DNA of 64,000 bases from a virus, in the IMG/VR virus record IMGVR_UViG_3300045988_147882. One strand, written 5' to 3'. Positions 1 to 7,343 of this stretch are shown piece by piece (within the stretch, counting starts at the first letter, position 1; each line of letters begins with the position of its first letter). The notes beneath the pieces were generated by a model. The model ran no database searches, was not told where the DNA came from, and was given only the letters and a program-made list of their open reading frames with translations. Both the position numbers and the translations under genes were made by a program.

Positions 1-784
1 CTCCAAGAAGTTTATTGTTTTGTTCTGATGTCTTCTTCATTTCATCTCGATATTGTTGAATTGTCTTTTGAAATTCTAGTGTCTTTTCGGCAACACTAGA
101 TTCAAAATCTTTTTGGATTGTTGTAATATTTGTTTGCAACTCTTCCAATTGTTTGTTGCTTGCAAAAGACAACTTCTTTATTTCATCATCTGCTTGGTCA
201 TTTAATGATTTAATCTTTTTGGCCGCTTGTTTCTCTATATTGCCTGAATTTTCTTTTGCCTTAATAGAGAAATCTTCCATTTTATCCAAATAGTCTCTTC
301 CTTGTTTTTGCATTTCATCCACTTTAAATATTGAGTATATAGAGAAAATAAGGAATACAATCATCAATATACCAGCCCATAACGACAATACAGTAAAATC
401 ATGCTGTAATTTGTTATATTGTAGCTCTAGCAAAGATAATGATTCTTTTTGTTTTTCTTCCACTATATCAATAACAACTTGATCTAGACTAATGGTGCTA
501 TCTTTAGTTATGGTTAGAGATTTTAAATATTTGTTTGTTAAGTTGTCGTAAAACTCCTTTTGGACTTCAATAACTTTATTTTGACTTCCCCTATAGTTTA
601 AATGGAAAAGAACGAATATTGCAATGATACAGATTGTACATACAATAATGGAAATTAAGAATTTTCCTTTGTATAGATGAAGGCGTTTTTTATCTATATA
701 ATGCGAACAATTCTCTGAGCATTTTGCAGACGGGTTATCTTCTTGCTTTGCTGTTTCTTGTTTGGGATTTTCTTTTTCTGTCAT
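1..784 (-). CDS. Membrane-anchored coiled-coil protein, C-terminus cut by the window edge
   Basis: Reverse strand is open from ATG (complement of 782-784) to position 1. My translation starts MTEKENPKQETAKQ. It has two hydrophobic segments and long K/E/Q-rich stretches. The ORF track omits it because there is no stop in the window. Confidence 0.5.
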   Translation of the reverse strand, partial: MTEKENPKQETAKQEDNPSAKCSENCSHYIDKKRLHLYKGKFLISIIVCTICIIAIFVLFHLNYRGSQNKVIEVQKEFYDNLTNKYLKSLTITKDSTISLDQVVIDIVEEKQKESLSLLELQYNKLQHDFTVLSLWAGILMIVFLIFSIYSIFKVDEMQKQGRDYLDKMEDFSIKAKENSGNIEKQAAKKIKSLNDQADDEIKKLSFASNKQLEELQTNITTIQKDFESSVAEKTLEFQKTIQQYRDEMKKTSEQNNKLLG

Positions 785-799
785 AGTTATTTTCTTTTA

Positions 800-1195
800 T
801 TATCCTACATTTCGTTCATTTTTCAACATAGCTAATTCGCCTTCGATTTTTTTCAACTTCTCTGTTAGTAATTGATTAGTTTTCATCTGTTCATTTATAG
901 TCCCCTGAAGGGTTGCTATTGTATCAACAAGGCGTTCCATGCGTTCAATATTTGGATCAGGTTTGATATCTGAAATCAGCATTGGGCCTTTATTGCGTAG
1001 TAACCAATCTGCTGAAATATCCGTAAATGCGTTTAATGTGAGCTTAATTACTTTAGAGGAAGGTTCTGTGTTTTTTTGAAACATTGAACCAATCACCGAT
1101 TGGGTTACCCCAATTTTAATGGAAAACTGTCTGTCTGACAGCTTATAATAAGAGATAATCTCTCTAATTTTTTCGTTTACGCTTGTTTCAGCCAT
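800..1195 (-). CDS. HTH (XRE/cI-like) phage repressor, paralog A
   Basis: N-terminal HTH (LSDRQFSIKIGVTQSVIGSMF), a WLLRNKGPM motif and a C-terminal coiled coil ending GELAMLKNERNVG, identical to paralog B. Confidence 0.7.
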   Translation of the reverse strand: MAETSVNEKIREIISYYKLSDRQFSIKIGVTQSVIGSMFQKNTEPSSKVIKLTLNAFTDISADWLLRNKGPMLISDIKPDPNIERMERLVDTIATLQGTINEQMKTNQLLTEKLKKIEGELAMLKNERNVG

Positions 1196-1218
1196 ATCTA
1201 TAATTAATAGTCAATTAA

Positions 1219-1325
1219 CGTAAATACGATTATTTATCAAGCTTTGTGTTTTGTAATTAATGTAAATACGTTTATATTTGCATCATCAATCAATCAATAC
1301 TCCAAAAGTATAAAAAGTGATTGAT
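1219..1325 (+). promoter_or_regulatory. Immunity control element copy 1: two GTAAATACG-type sites 42 bp apart, a TATATTTG -7 box and a leader inverted repeat
   Basis: CGTAAATACG at 1219-1228 and TGTAAATACG at 1261-1270. TATATTTG at 1273-1280. ATCAATCA (1285..) pairs with TGATTGAT (1318-1325). Confidence 0.5.
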
Positions 1326-1357
1326 AAAACAATGCTATGATATGTTCTTTTCATGGC

Positions 1358-1744
1358 TTATCCTACATTTCTTTCATTCTTCAACATAGCCAGTTCACCC
1401 TTTAATTTTTGGTTTTCTTCCAAAAGCCGTTGGGTAAGCACTGTCTTCTCATTGATTTCATCCTGCAAATTGGCTATGGTATATACAATACTTTTCAATT
1501 TGTCCATTCCTGGTTCTGTTTCTTCTTTTTGAATGAGCATGGAACCAGTTCCTCTTAACAACCATTCTGCGGAAATTTCCTCAAATGAGGATGAAATTGC
1601 TATTATTGTTGCAAGGCTAATTTCTCTTTTTCCTATCAGTTGATTATTAATAGTTGTGGGCTTTAATCCACACTTAATAGCAAATCCCCTCTCTGATAGC
1701 CCTGAATAGGTTATTACTTCTTTAATTCTGTTTATCATAATCAA
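1358..1744 (-). CDS. HTH (XRE/cI-like) phage repressor, paralog B
   Basis: HTH (LSERGFAIKCGLKPTTINNQL), a WLLRGTGSM motif and the same C-terminal GELAMLKNERNVG as paralog A. Confidence 0.7.
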   Translation of the reverse strand: MIMINRIKEVITYSGLSERGFAIKCGLKPTTINNQLIGKREISLATIIAISSSFEEISAEWLLRGTGSMLIQKEETEPGMDKLKSIVYTIANLQDEINEKTVLTQRLLEENQKLKGELAMLKNERNVG

Positions 1745-1755
1745 TCAAAAGTTAA

Positions 1756-1867
1756 ATATCCACAAATGGGGATATAAAGTAGGTTTTAAATTTTTATATA
1801 TCCACATTTGAGGATATATTTGCATCATAAATCAATCAATCATACAAACATACAAAAATTGATTGAT
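1756..1867 (+). promoter_or_regulatory. Immunity control element copy 2: two ATATCC-N8-GGATAT palindromes 42 bp apart, early rightward TATATTTG box and a leader hairpin
   Basis: Palindromes at 1756-1775 and 1798-1817. TATATTTG at 1815-1822 overlaps the second palindrome. ATCAATCAAT (1831-1840) pairs with ATTGATTGAT (1858-1867). The first early gene starts at 1892. Confidence 0.55.
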
Positions 1868-1891
1868 AAAACCAATTAAAAAATAACGATT

Positions 1892-2185
1892 ATGAGCTAC
1901 AATTTATCACAAATAATGAAGTCTGCACACCGCAATTACAAGAAGGGTGGAAAAACATTTTCAGAGTGTTTAAAATCTGCATGGAGCTTCGCAAAACTCC
2001 AAGAAAGTTTCTCACCGGAAGCTATGAAATCAAGAACTGATAAATTTTTAGCTGAAAGACATGAAGCTATGAGCAAGACTGCCAAAGCTACACCTAGCAA
2101 GGAATATAATAACCTTAATATTCCCGCTTCCGCTTACTACAACCCAAATAGTACTCATTACGGTGCACATTACGTCGGAGATTAA
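1892..2185 (+). CDS. Hypothetical early protein
   Basis: First ORF downstream of the early promoter and leader. No recognisable motif. Confidence 0.5.
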   Translation: MSYNLSQIMKSAHRNYKKGGKTFSECLKSAWSFAKLQESFSPEAMKSRTDKFLAERHEAMSKTAKATPSKEYNNLNIPASAYYNPNSTHYGAHYVGD

Positions 2186-2200
2186 TCAAATTATACAACA

Positions 2201-2437
2201 ATGGATAAAAGAACCGAACTAGAAATACAGCGAGACAAATATGAAGCTGTGATTGAAGAACGAGACGCGTTGATCAGCTCTTTGAGAGGTGAGAATGAAA
2301 AACTCAAACGAGATTTAGAATCAGAACGTGGATTTTATAGAGAGAAAGTTTCCCAATGTGATGATTTGAAGAAATTTATTGAATCGCAACGAAACTTAAT
2401 GGACATAGTTTTGAAGAACAACCAAAGTATTCTCTAA
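2201..2437 (+). CDS. Hypothetical coiled-coil protein
   Basis: 78-aa ORF with heptad-like charged sequence, tightly spaced after the previous ORF. Confidence 0.5.
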   Translation: MDKRTELEIQRDKYEAVIEERDALISSLRGENEKLKRDLESERGFYREKVSQCDDLKKFIESQRNLMDIVLKNNQSIL

Positions 2438-2711
2438 CCCTCACTAAAGTCAAACCAAACCGCCGGTTATCCGGTACCCAGTCCGGTCTTTGAGCCTGCC
2501 CTTGAAGGGAGACTGGGAACAACAGAGAAGAGTTCTTTGACATATTGGTAAAATGGTGTTTTGGAAGCCGACACATGCCGAAAGGGATTACTGATGTAGG
2601 CGGGCTTCTCAACGATATAATGCTGTGGTTAATGGTCAAGCCGTATCGTTGTAAAACTAAATCAGTTAGACGTTTGTCGGCAAATCGAGGTATTTGCTTT
2701 ATGTATATAAA
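2438..2711 (+). ncRNA. ORF-free, helix-rich segment preceding tRNA-like 1 (candidate structured RNA or processed leader)
   Basis: No credible ORF. Hand-found helices: CCGG-TTAT-CCGG; CCCAGTC..GACTGGG enclosing CCCTT-GA-AGGG; GAAGCC..GGCTTC. Starts with the AAGTCAAACCA 11-mer (2447-2457). Confidence 0.3.
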
Positions 2712-2782
2712 GGTGATGTAGCTTAGTTGGTTAGAGCGCATGTTTCTACATGAGGTCGGCGGTTCGAATCCGTTCATCACTT
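2712..2782 (+). tRNA. tRNA-like gene 1 (71 nt), anticodon arm non-canonical, isotype not assignable by hand
   Basis: Acceptor GGTGATG/CATCACT. D-arm GCTTAGTTGGTTAGAGC. T-arm GGCGG-TTCGAAT-CCGTT. The central arm is CATGT-TTCT-ACATG (14 nt, not 17). The loop region reads UUUCUAC. Confidence 0.6.
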
Positions 2783-2798
2783 CAGTGTTTAATTGACG

Positions 2799-3245
2799 TT
2801 ACAACTGCGTGTATATCTTATAAATTGCATAGGCTGTTAAACTAATAATAAAGAATAGAAATGAAATGTAGGAAATTGACTCACAAATTGCGAAGATTTT
2901 ATTGCGTGGTACGGCTGGCGTTACGGTCATTTTGGAATTGTATAAGCTATAGAGGATATATTCTTCTACCCGTTTTTGAGCGTTGCGTATCATCACGTTG
3001 CTCATTGCTCGATTCTCGTATATGGTTATACACGAAAAAAGGATGGATAGTGCGTTTGAACATATTACCACCAATAGTAAAATTCGACTGCAAGCGTTGT
3101 TGGTTGAAAGATTGCTTAAAGAAACAAGTACAGCAAAAGTAGCAGATGCAACAGTCAACAGAGTGCTTTGGAGTCTGAAAGTCCATTCGATTTTTTTCTC
3201 TAAAGTTTCTTTGTAGTATGAAACTACTTTTTCTTCATTATTCAT
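2799..3245 (-). CDS. Integral membrane protein (about 3 TM), opposite-strand moron
   Basis: 148-aa ORF with three hydrophobic segments. Its own minus-strand TATTTTTG box is the complement of 3274-3281. Confidence 0.55.
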   Translation of the reverse strand: MNNEEKVVSYYKETLEKKIEWTFRLQSTLLTVASATFAVLVSLSNLSTNNACSRILLLVVICSNALSILFSCITIYENRAMSNVMIRNAQKRVEEYILYSLYNSKMTVTPAVPRNKIFAICESISYISFLFFIISLTAYAIYKIYTQL

Positions 3246-3255
3246 ATTTTTCTTG

Positions 3256-3328
3256 TTTTTTGATTTGACACTTCAAAAATAAGAAAATCCCCCGTTCCTT
3301 TTTTATTAGCGAATAATCTTGGAACGGG
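3256..3328 (-). promoter_or_regulatory. Repeat element E1: hairpin plus minus-strand -7 box upstream of 2799..3245
   Basis: The complement of 3274-3281 is TATTTTTG. Hairpin CCCGTTCC (3291-3298) / GGAACGGG (3321-3328). About 35 nt are shared with E2. Confidence 0.4.
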
Positions 3329-3354
3329 AAAATTATTAACTAATTAATAATCAC

Positions 3355-3552
3355 ATGATTCAAGTAACAATTAAAAACGATAGCAATGAGAATTTGGAAG
3401 ATGCCACATTCTCATTGCATGTAGAGAATATGCCGATAAAATCAGCTAAAATAGTAGCCGAAAAGCTTCCTGCTATGATACAGAAAGCTTTTGGGGATTA
3501 TGCAGATTGTAAAGTCGGGTTTAATCGAGATAAAAAGAGAGATAATGAATGA
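3355..3552 (+). CDS. Hypothetical protein
   Basis: 65-aa ORF. No alternative ORF on the other strand. Confidence 0.4.
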   Translation: MIQVTIKNDSNENLEDATFSLHVENMPIKSAKIVAEKLPAMIQKAFGDYADCKVGFNRDKKRDNE

Positions 3553-3566
3553 ATTTCTTCACTTAA

Positions 3567-3644
3567 TTTTTGATTTTACACCCCAAAGTTAAGTAAATCC
3601 TCCGAATAAAGCGTGATGCTGCCGATCGAATTGGTTCGGGGGAG
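3567..3644 (-). promoter_or_regulatory. Repeat element E2 (paralog of E1): hairpin plus minus-strand TAACTTTG box with no minus-strand ORF downstream
   Basis: The complement of 3584-3591 is TAACTTTG. Hairpin 3599-3642 (CCTCCGAA / TTCGGGGG). Confidence 0.3.
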
Positions 3645-3667
3645 CTTTTATTTTAAAATTAATCAGT

Positions 3668-3874
3668 ATGGAAAAAGAAATAGAAAGACGCAGTATAATC
3701 AATGTTTTGCGAAACATGGACGTTGGTGCAATAGAAGTATTTCCTATCATTCAAAAAACGTCTGTTACTTACACTTTAAATGCTCGGCTTTATAAAGAAA
3801 AAGCTGAAGGAATGGTTTGGAAAACAAAGTCAGACGTAAAAAATATGCAGTTTATAGTAACTAGAATTGCGTAA
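3668..3874 (+). CDS. Hypothetical protein
   Basis: 68-aa ORF in the + strand early block. Confidence 0.45.
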   Translation: MEKEIERRSIINVLRNMDVGAIEVFPIIQKTSVTYTLNARLYKEKAEGMVWKTKSDVKNMQFIVTRIA

Positions 3875-3879
3875 CTACC

Positions 3880-4146
3880 TTGTTTGTTGAGATGATTAGA
3901 GGTGAAATGGCTGAAATATTGCTAGATAATATTCTCCGTCTGTTTTCTACAGAGACATTCGGAAAAGATAAGTCTGCATATTATGTAGGTGGGGAAAAGA
4001 AATTGATGAATCTTATAGAAGCGGGTAAGATTGAAAGTGATAAGCCTGTAAATGCTCAAAATGGTAAATGGCACTGTAATGCTGCTCAGGTATTACTTCA
4101 TTGCCGATGCGCTAAGAAAGTCAAACGTAAAAAACGGAAGAAATGA
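3880..4146 (+). CDS. Hypothetical protein with basic C-terminus; start uncertain (TTG 3880 or ATG 3892)
   Basis: ORF-track frame. C-terminal KKVKRKKRKK tail. Confidence 0.45.
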   Translation: MFVEMIRGEMAEILLDNILRLFSTETFGKDKSAYYVGGEKKLMNLIEAGKIESDKPVNAQNGKWHCNAAQVLLHCRCAKKVKRKKRKK

Positions 4147-4334
4147 AAACATTGAAAATCGTTCATAACATTTTTACAGTGGTTGCCTTATTGGTAGCTA
4201 TGTATATAGGTGGGGGAATCGAAGCTACAAGAAGTGATATCGCTTGGTCATATATCATATTCTTCGTAGTCGTTGTACTATTGGTTACTAGATTTATCTA
4301 TGAAGATAAGAAACAAAATAAAAATAGCCTGTGA
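4143..4334 (+). CDS. Small membrane protein (2 TM)
   Basis: 63-aa ORF with two hydrophobic helices. ATGA overlap with the upstream ORF. Confidence 0.45.
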   Translation: MKTLKIVHNIFTVVALLVAMYIGGGIEATRSDIAWSYIIFFVVVVLLVTRFIYEDKKQNKNSL

Positions 4335-4390
4335 AGGTCAACATTGCTTAATTTTAGTATTTGCCAATTAGCCCGGTTCTCCGGGCATCT

Positions 4391-4461
4391 GCCGGGATAG
4401 CCCAGTTGGTTAGAGCGCATGTTTCTACATGAGGTCAGCGGTTCGAATCCGTTTCCCGGCT
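4391..4461 (+). tRNA. tRNA-like gene 2 (71 nt), twin of tRNA-like 1 with a different acceptor stem
   Basis: Acceptor GCCGGGA/TCCCGGC. The core from AGTTGG to CCGTT matches tRNA-like 1 except for one base, including the short CATGT-TTCT-ACATG arm. Confidence 0.6.
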
Positions 4462-4567
4462 CAACTCAATCAGAGTTAAGTAACCCGTGAGGGGGAAAAT
4501 TATGTTTGTATCAATAACAATTCAATCAATGTAGCCGGAAGCGTCTGGCTACGACCTGAAGGAATGG

Positions 4568-4665
4568 CGGAATTGGTAGACGCAAGTATGCAGATAGATT
4601 GAAGAAAGTCATACATAGGTAATCTGTCATCCCGGTTCGAGTCCGGGTTCCTTCACAGAGAATTT
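4568..4665 (+). tRNA. tRNA-like gene 3 (98 nt, class II / Leu-like D-arm), interior non-canonical
   Basis: Acceptor GAAGGAA/TTCCTTC. D-arm GCGGAATTGGTAGACGC. T-arm CCCGG-TTCGAGT-CCGGG. The 47 nt between the D and T arms give no 5-7-5 anticodon arm by hand. Candidate folds are GATT-GAAGAA-AGTC, or GTATG/CATAC with a 19-nt loop. Confidence 0.5.
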
Positions 4666-4882
4666 TTCTTTTTATGTTTAACTAATGTTGCCAGCGAAAA
4701 GGACGCTGTAGGGTTAAAGCCCCTGTTATTTGAGTTTTAATTGTTCTATACTATTCCGGTGTGCTTTGAACGGCTATCCGGAAGCAAGAAGCTCGTGAGA
4801 GTGCTATTTAATAGTTAATGTCGTGTTTTATTTTGTGTTTGTGTTCTAGGTGAATGGTTCGTGAGAATAGTTCACTTAAAAC

Positions 4883-4949
4883 GGATGGCTGGTGTAATTG
4901 GCAGCATACGCAGATATGCGTGATGTGGGTTCGATCCCCACGCCATTCA
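4883..4949 (+). tRNA. tRNA-like gene 4 (67 nt), very short central hairpin
   Basis: Acceptor GGATGGC/GCCATTC (one G-U). D-arm GTGTAATTGGCAGCAT. T-arm GTGGG-TTCGATC-CCCAC. The central arm is ACGCA-GATA-TGCGT. Confidence 0.55.
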
Positions 4950-5050
4950 CCCTTCTGATCCTAATTAAATTATAGTAGTTCATGAGTTTTGTTTTGTGTT
5001 TGTGATTGGGGTGTATGGTCTGTGAAGATAGTGCACCTTTTTAATTAATC

Positions 5051-5133
5051 GGGCGGATATGTATATCGTTGGTTGAAACTGCGGTGATGTGCACCAATAT
5101 TCCGTGAGACCGGTTCGACTCCGGTTCCGTCCA
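5051..5133 (+). tRNA. tRNA-like gene 5 (83 nt), interior unresolved
   Basis: Acceptor GGGCGGA/TCCGTCC (one G-U). T-arm ACCGG-TTCGACT-CCGGT. In the 51-nt interior I could fold only GGTG-ATGTG-CACC. Confidence 0.4.
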
Positions 5134-5227
5134 CTAGCATTTACATTATGTATAAATCAGGGAGCCGTACACCCTTCAAGCGTAGCCGTTCCATAAGGTA
5201 CATTGGATTATTCATTTTCTTATTTTT

Positions 5228-5258
5228 CTGCCTGTACAATACCGTACAGGCAGTTTTT
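5228..5258 (+). terminator. Rho-independent terminator closing the RNA island
   Basis: CTGCCTGTAC-aatacc-GTACAGGCAG (10-bp stem) followed by TTTTT. Confidence 0.75.
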
Positions 5259-5266
5259 AACTACCT

Positions 5267-5369
5267 GAAAATGGCGTTAAAATGGCGAAGTTTCTGTTTG
5301 CTAAACTTGTCAATAACGATTACCTTTACTGATGTAATAAACTAAAAGTCAAACCATTAATTCAGAATT
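5267..5369 (+). promoter_or_regulatory. Conserved ~100-bp promoter/leader repeat, copy 1 (before erf)
   Basis: AAATGGCG x2 at 11-bp phasing. TTTG at 5297-5300 and TACCTTTA at 5321-5328 (20-nt spacer, Bacteroides -33/-7 geometry). Leader CTGATGTAATAAACTAAAAGTCAAACCA. Confidence 0.6.
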
Positions 5370-5966
5370 ATGAAAGAATTAGTAACCATTCAGCAAAAGC
5401 TGAAAGCCCCGAAAGGGCAATTTAATAAGTTCGGTAGTTACAAATACCGTAGTTGTGAGGATATTCTTGAGTCAGTGAAACCTATTCTGACTGAAACAAA
5501 GTGTTCGTTAACTCTCAGTGATGAGATGGTGCCAGTAGGCAATAGAATTTATGTAAAAGCAACTGCCACTTTAACCAACGAAAAAGGGGAAAAAGAAATA
5601 GTGACTGCTTTTGCGAGAGAAGAGGAAACAAAGAAGGGAATGGATGGCAGCCAAATTACCGGAGCCTCATCTTCTTATGCAAGAAAGTATGCTCTTAACG
5701 GTCTATTTTGCATTGATGATACAAAAGACAGTGATGCAACTAACACTCACGATAAAGAAGACGCACAACAGCCTGCAAAAACACCGGCTAGTATGAAGAA
5801 TCCAGTTTATACTGGTGCCCAACTGAAAAAGGCTATTGCTGACATGCTTGCTGTCAAAAGCAGAGCTGAACTTGAAAAAGTATGGTATGCTAATCCGGCT
5901 ATGCAAAATGATAAAGAGTTTGTAAATGCTTGTATGGAAATGGGCAAAATTTATCCTGCATCATGA
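5370..5966 (+). CDS. erf: ERF-family single-strand annealing protein
   Basis: FNKFGSYKYRSCEDILESVKPIL and GASSSYARKYALNGLF regions. Next to a nuclease and SSB. Confidence 0.75.
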   Translation: MKELVTIQQKLKAPKGQFNKFGSYKYRSCEDILESVKPILTETKCSLTLSDEMVPVGNRIYVKATATLTNEKGEKEIVTAFAREEETKKGMDGSQITGASSSYARKYALNGLFCIDDTKDSDATNTHDKEDAQQPAKTPASMKNPVYTGAQLKKAIADMLAVKSRAELEKVWYANPAMQNDKEFVNACMEMGKIYPAS

Positions 5967-6871
5967 TAGAGTTGGTTAAATCGAGTGTGGTTTTCTCAGA
6001 AGAGAACCACACATATTTTCTTGGTGAAAAGCAACTGAAAGGTATTACCGGAATGATAAGCCGGCAACTATTTCCCAATAAGTATAGGGATATTCCAGAA
6101 TACATATTGAAAAAAGCTGCTGAAAAAGGCAGTCGTATTCATGGACAATGCCAGTTTGCTGATGTTACAGGATTACCACCCGAGAGTATTGAAGCTATTA
6201 ATTATATCAGGGAAAGAGTAAATGCCGGATATAAGGCTTTTGCCAATGAGTACACTGTTTCAGACAATGAATATTTTGCATCGAATATTGATTGTGTTTG
6301 GGAAAAGGACGAAAAAATCAGTCTTGGCGACATCAAGACTACTGCAAGCCTTGACCGTGAGTATTTGAGTTGGCAGCTATCAATCTATGCCTATTTGTTT
6401 GAACTTCAAAATCCACTAATTAAAGTTGATAAACTGTTTGGCATTTGGTTACGTGGAAATAAGTCGGAATTAGTCGAGATTGAGCGTAAGCCGGATGCAG
6501 AGGTTAAGAGATTACTGGAGTGTGAGATTAAAGGTGAACAGTTCTTACCTAATGCTCCTGTTCCAGCCGATGAGAAGCAGCTTATTCCTATGCAATTAGT
6601 AAATACTATTATTGATATAGAGGAACAGGCGAGTTATATCGCTGAAGTGCAGAAAGGTTATAAGGAACAGCTTAAAAGTGCCATGCGTGAGAACGGTGTT
6701 AAATCATGGGACGCCGGTCGGTTGCGTGTTAGCTATACTCCCTCTTCAACGGGTAAGAGTTTTGATGCAAAGAAGTTTCAGGAAGATCACCCGGAACTAT
6801 ATTCTCAATATTTAAAAACATCAACTAAAGCGGATAGTATTCGTGTAACTATAAGGGAGGAAGGAAAATGA
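5963..6871 (+). CDS. PD-(D/E)XK-type exonuclease (recombination partner of Erf)
   Basis: Same frame as track ORF 5930..6871. I prefer ATG 5963, which overlaps the erf stop (ATGA). Motifs GSRIHG and LGDIKTT. Confidence 0.6.
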   Translation: MIELVKSSVVFSEENHTYFLGEKQLKGITGMISRQLFPNKYRDIPEYILKKAAEKGSRIHGQCQFADVTGLPPESIEAINYIRERVNAGYKAFANEYTVSDNEYFASNIDCVWEKDEKISLGDIKTTASLDREYLSWQLSIYAYLFELQNPLIKVDKLFGIWLRGNKSELVEIERKPDAEVKRLLECEIKGEQFLPNAPVPADEKQLIPMQLVNTIIDIEEQASYIAEVQKGYKEQLKSAMRENGVKSWDAGRLRVSYTPSSTGKSFDAKKFQEDHPELYSQYLKTSTKADSIRVTIREEGK

Positions 6872-7341
6872 GTGTTAATAAAGTAATTCTTATAGGGCGT
6901 GCCGGTAAAGACCCGGATGTGAGAACATTGGACGGTGGAGCGAAAGTAGCTTCTTTATCTTTTGCTACAACAGATAAGGCGTACACCTTACAAAATGGAA
7001 CCCAGGTGCCGGAACGTACAGAATGGCATAATCTTATTTTTTGGAATAAGACTGCTGAAATAGTTGAGAAGTACGTCCATAAAGGAGATAAGTTGTATAT
7101 AGAAGGTAAGTTACGCACTCGTAACTATGACGATAGCAAAGGAGTTAAACGTTACATAACTGAAGTCTTTGTTGATAGTATCGAGATGCTTACACCGAAA
7201 GTTCAACAACAGGCTGCTCCTGTACCACCACCGTTACCAACGCAACAGCCTACACAGAGACAGCAACAACAAGTACAGCAGCCTGCATATCAGCAACAGC
7301 CATATCAACAGGTATCACCGCCTGATGATTTACCATTCTAA
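6868..7341 (+). CDS. ssb: Single-stranded DNA-binding protein
   Basis: OB-fold N-terminus (VILIGRAGKDPDVR, TEWHNLIFW), a Q/P-rich linker and an acidic tip DDLPF. Confidence 0.9.
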   Translation: MSVNKVILIGRAGKDPDVRTLDGGAKVASLSFATTDKAYTLQNGTQVPERTEWHNLIFWNKTAEIVEKYVHKGDKLYIEGKLRTRNYDDSKGVKRYITEVFVDSIEMLTPKVQQQAAPVPPPLPTQQPTQRQQQQVQQPAYQQQPYQQVSPPDDLPF

Positions 7342-7343
7342 AT

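Noticed and set aside
2376-2780. 134-aa minus-strand ORF
   Set aside because: It runs antisense through tRNA-like gene 1 and the helix-rich noncoding segment, and its sequence has no protein-like features. Treated as spurious.
5148-5345. 65-aa + strand ORF after tRNA-like 5
   Set aside because: It spans a strong terminator (5228-5258) and promoter repeat copy 1, so it is unlikely to be coding.
7195-7320. CAG/CAA-rich repeat-like DNA
   Set aside because: It encodes the Q/P-rich flexible linker of SSB, which is ordinary for this protein family.
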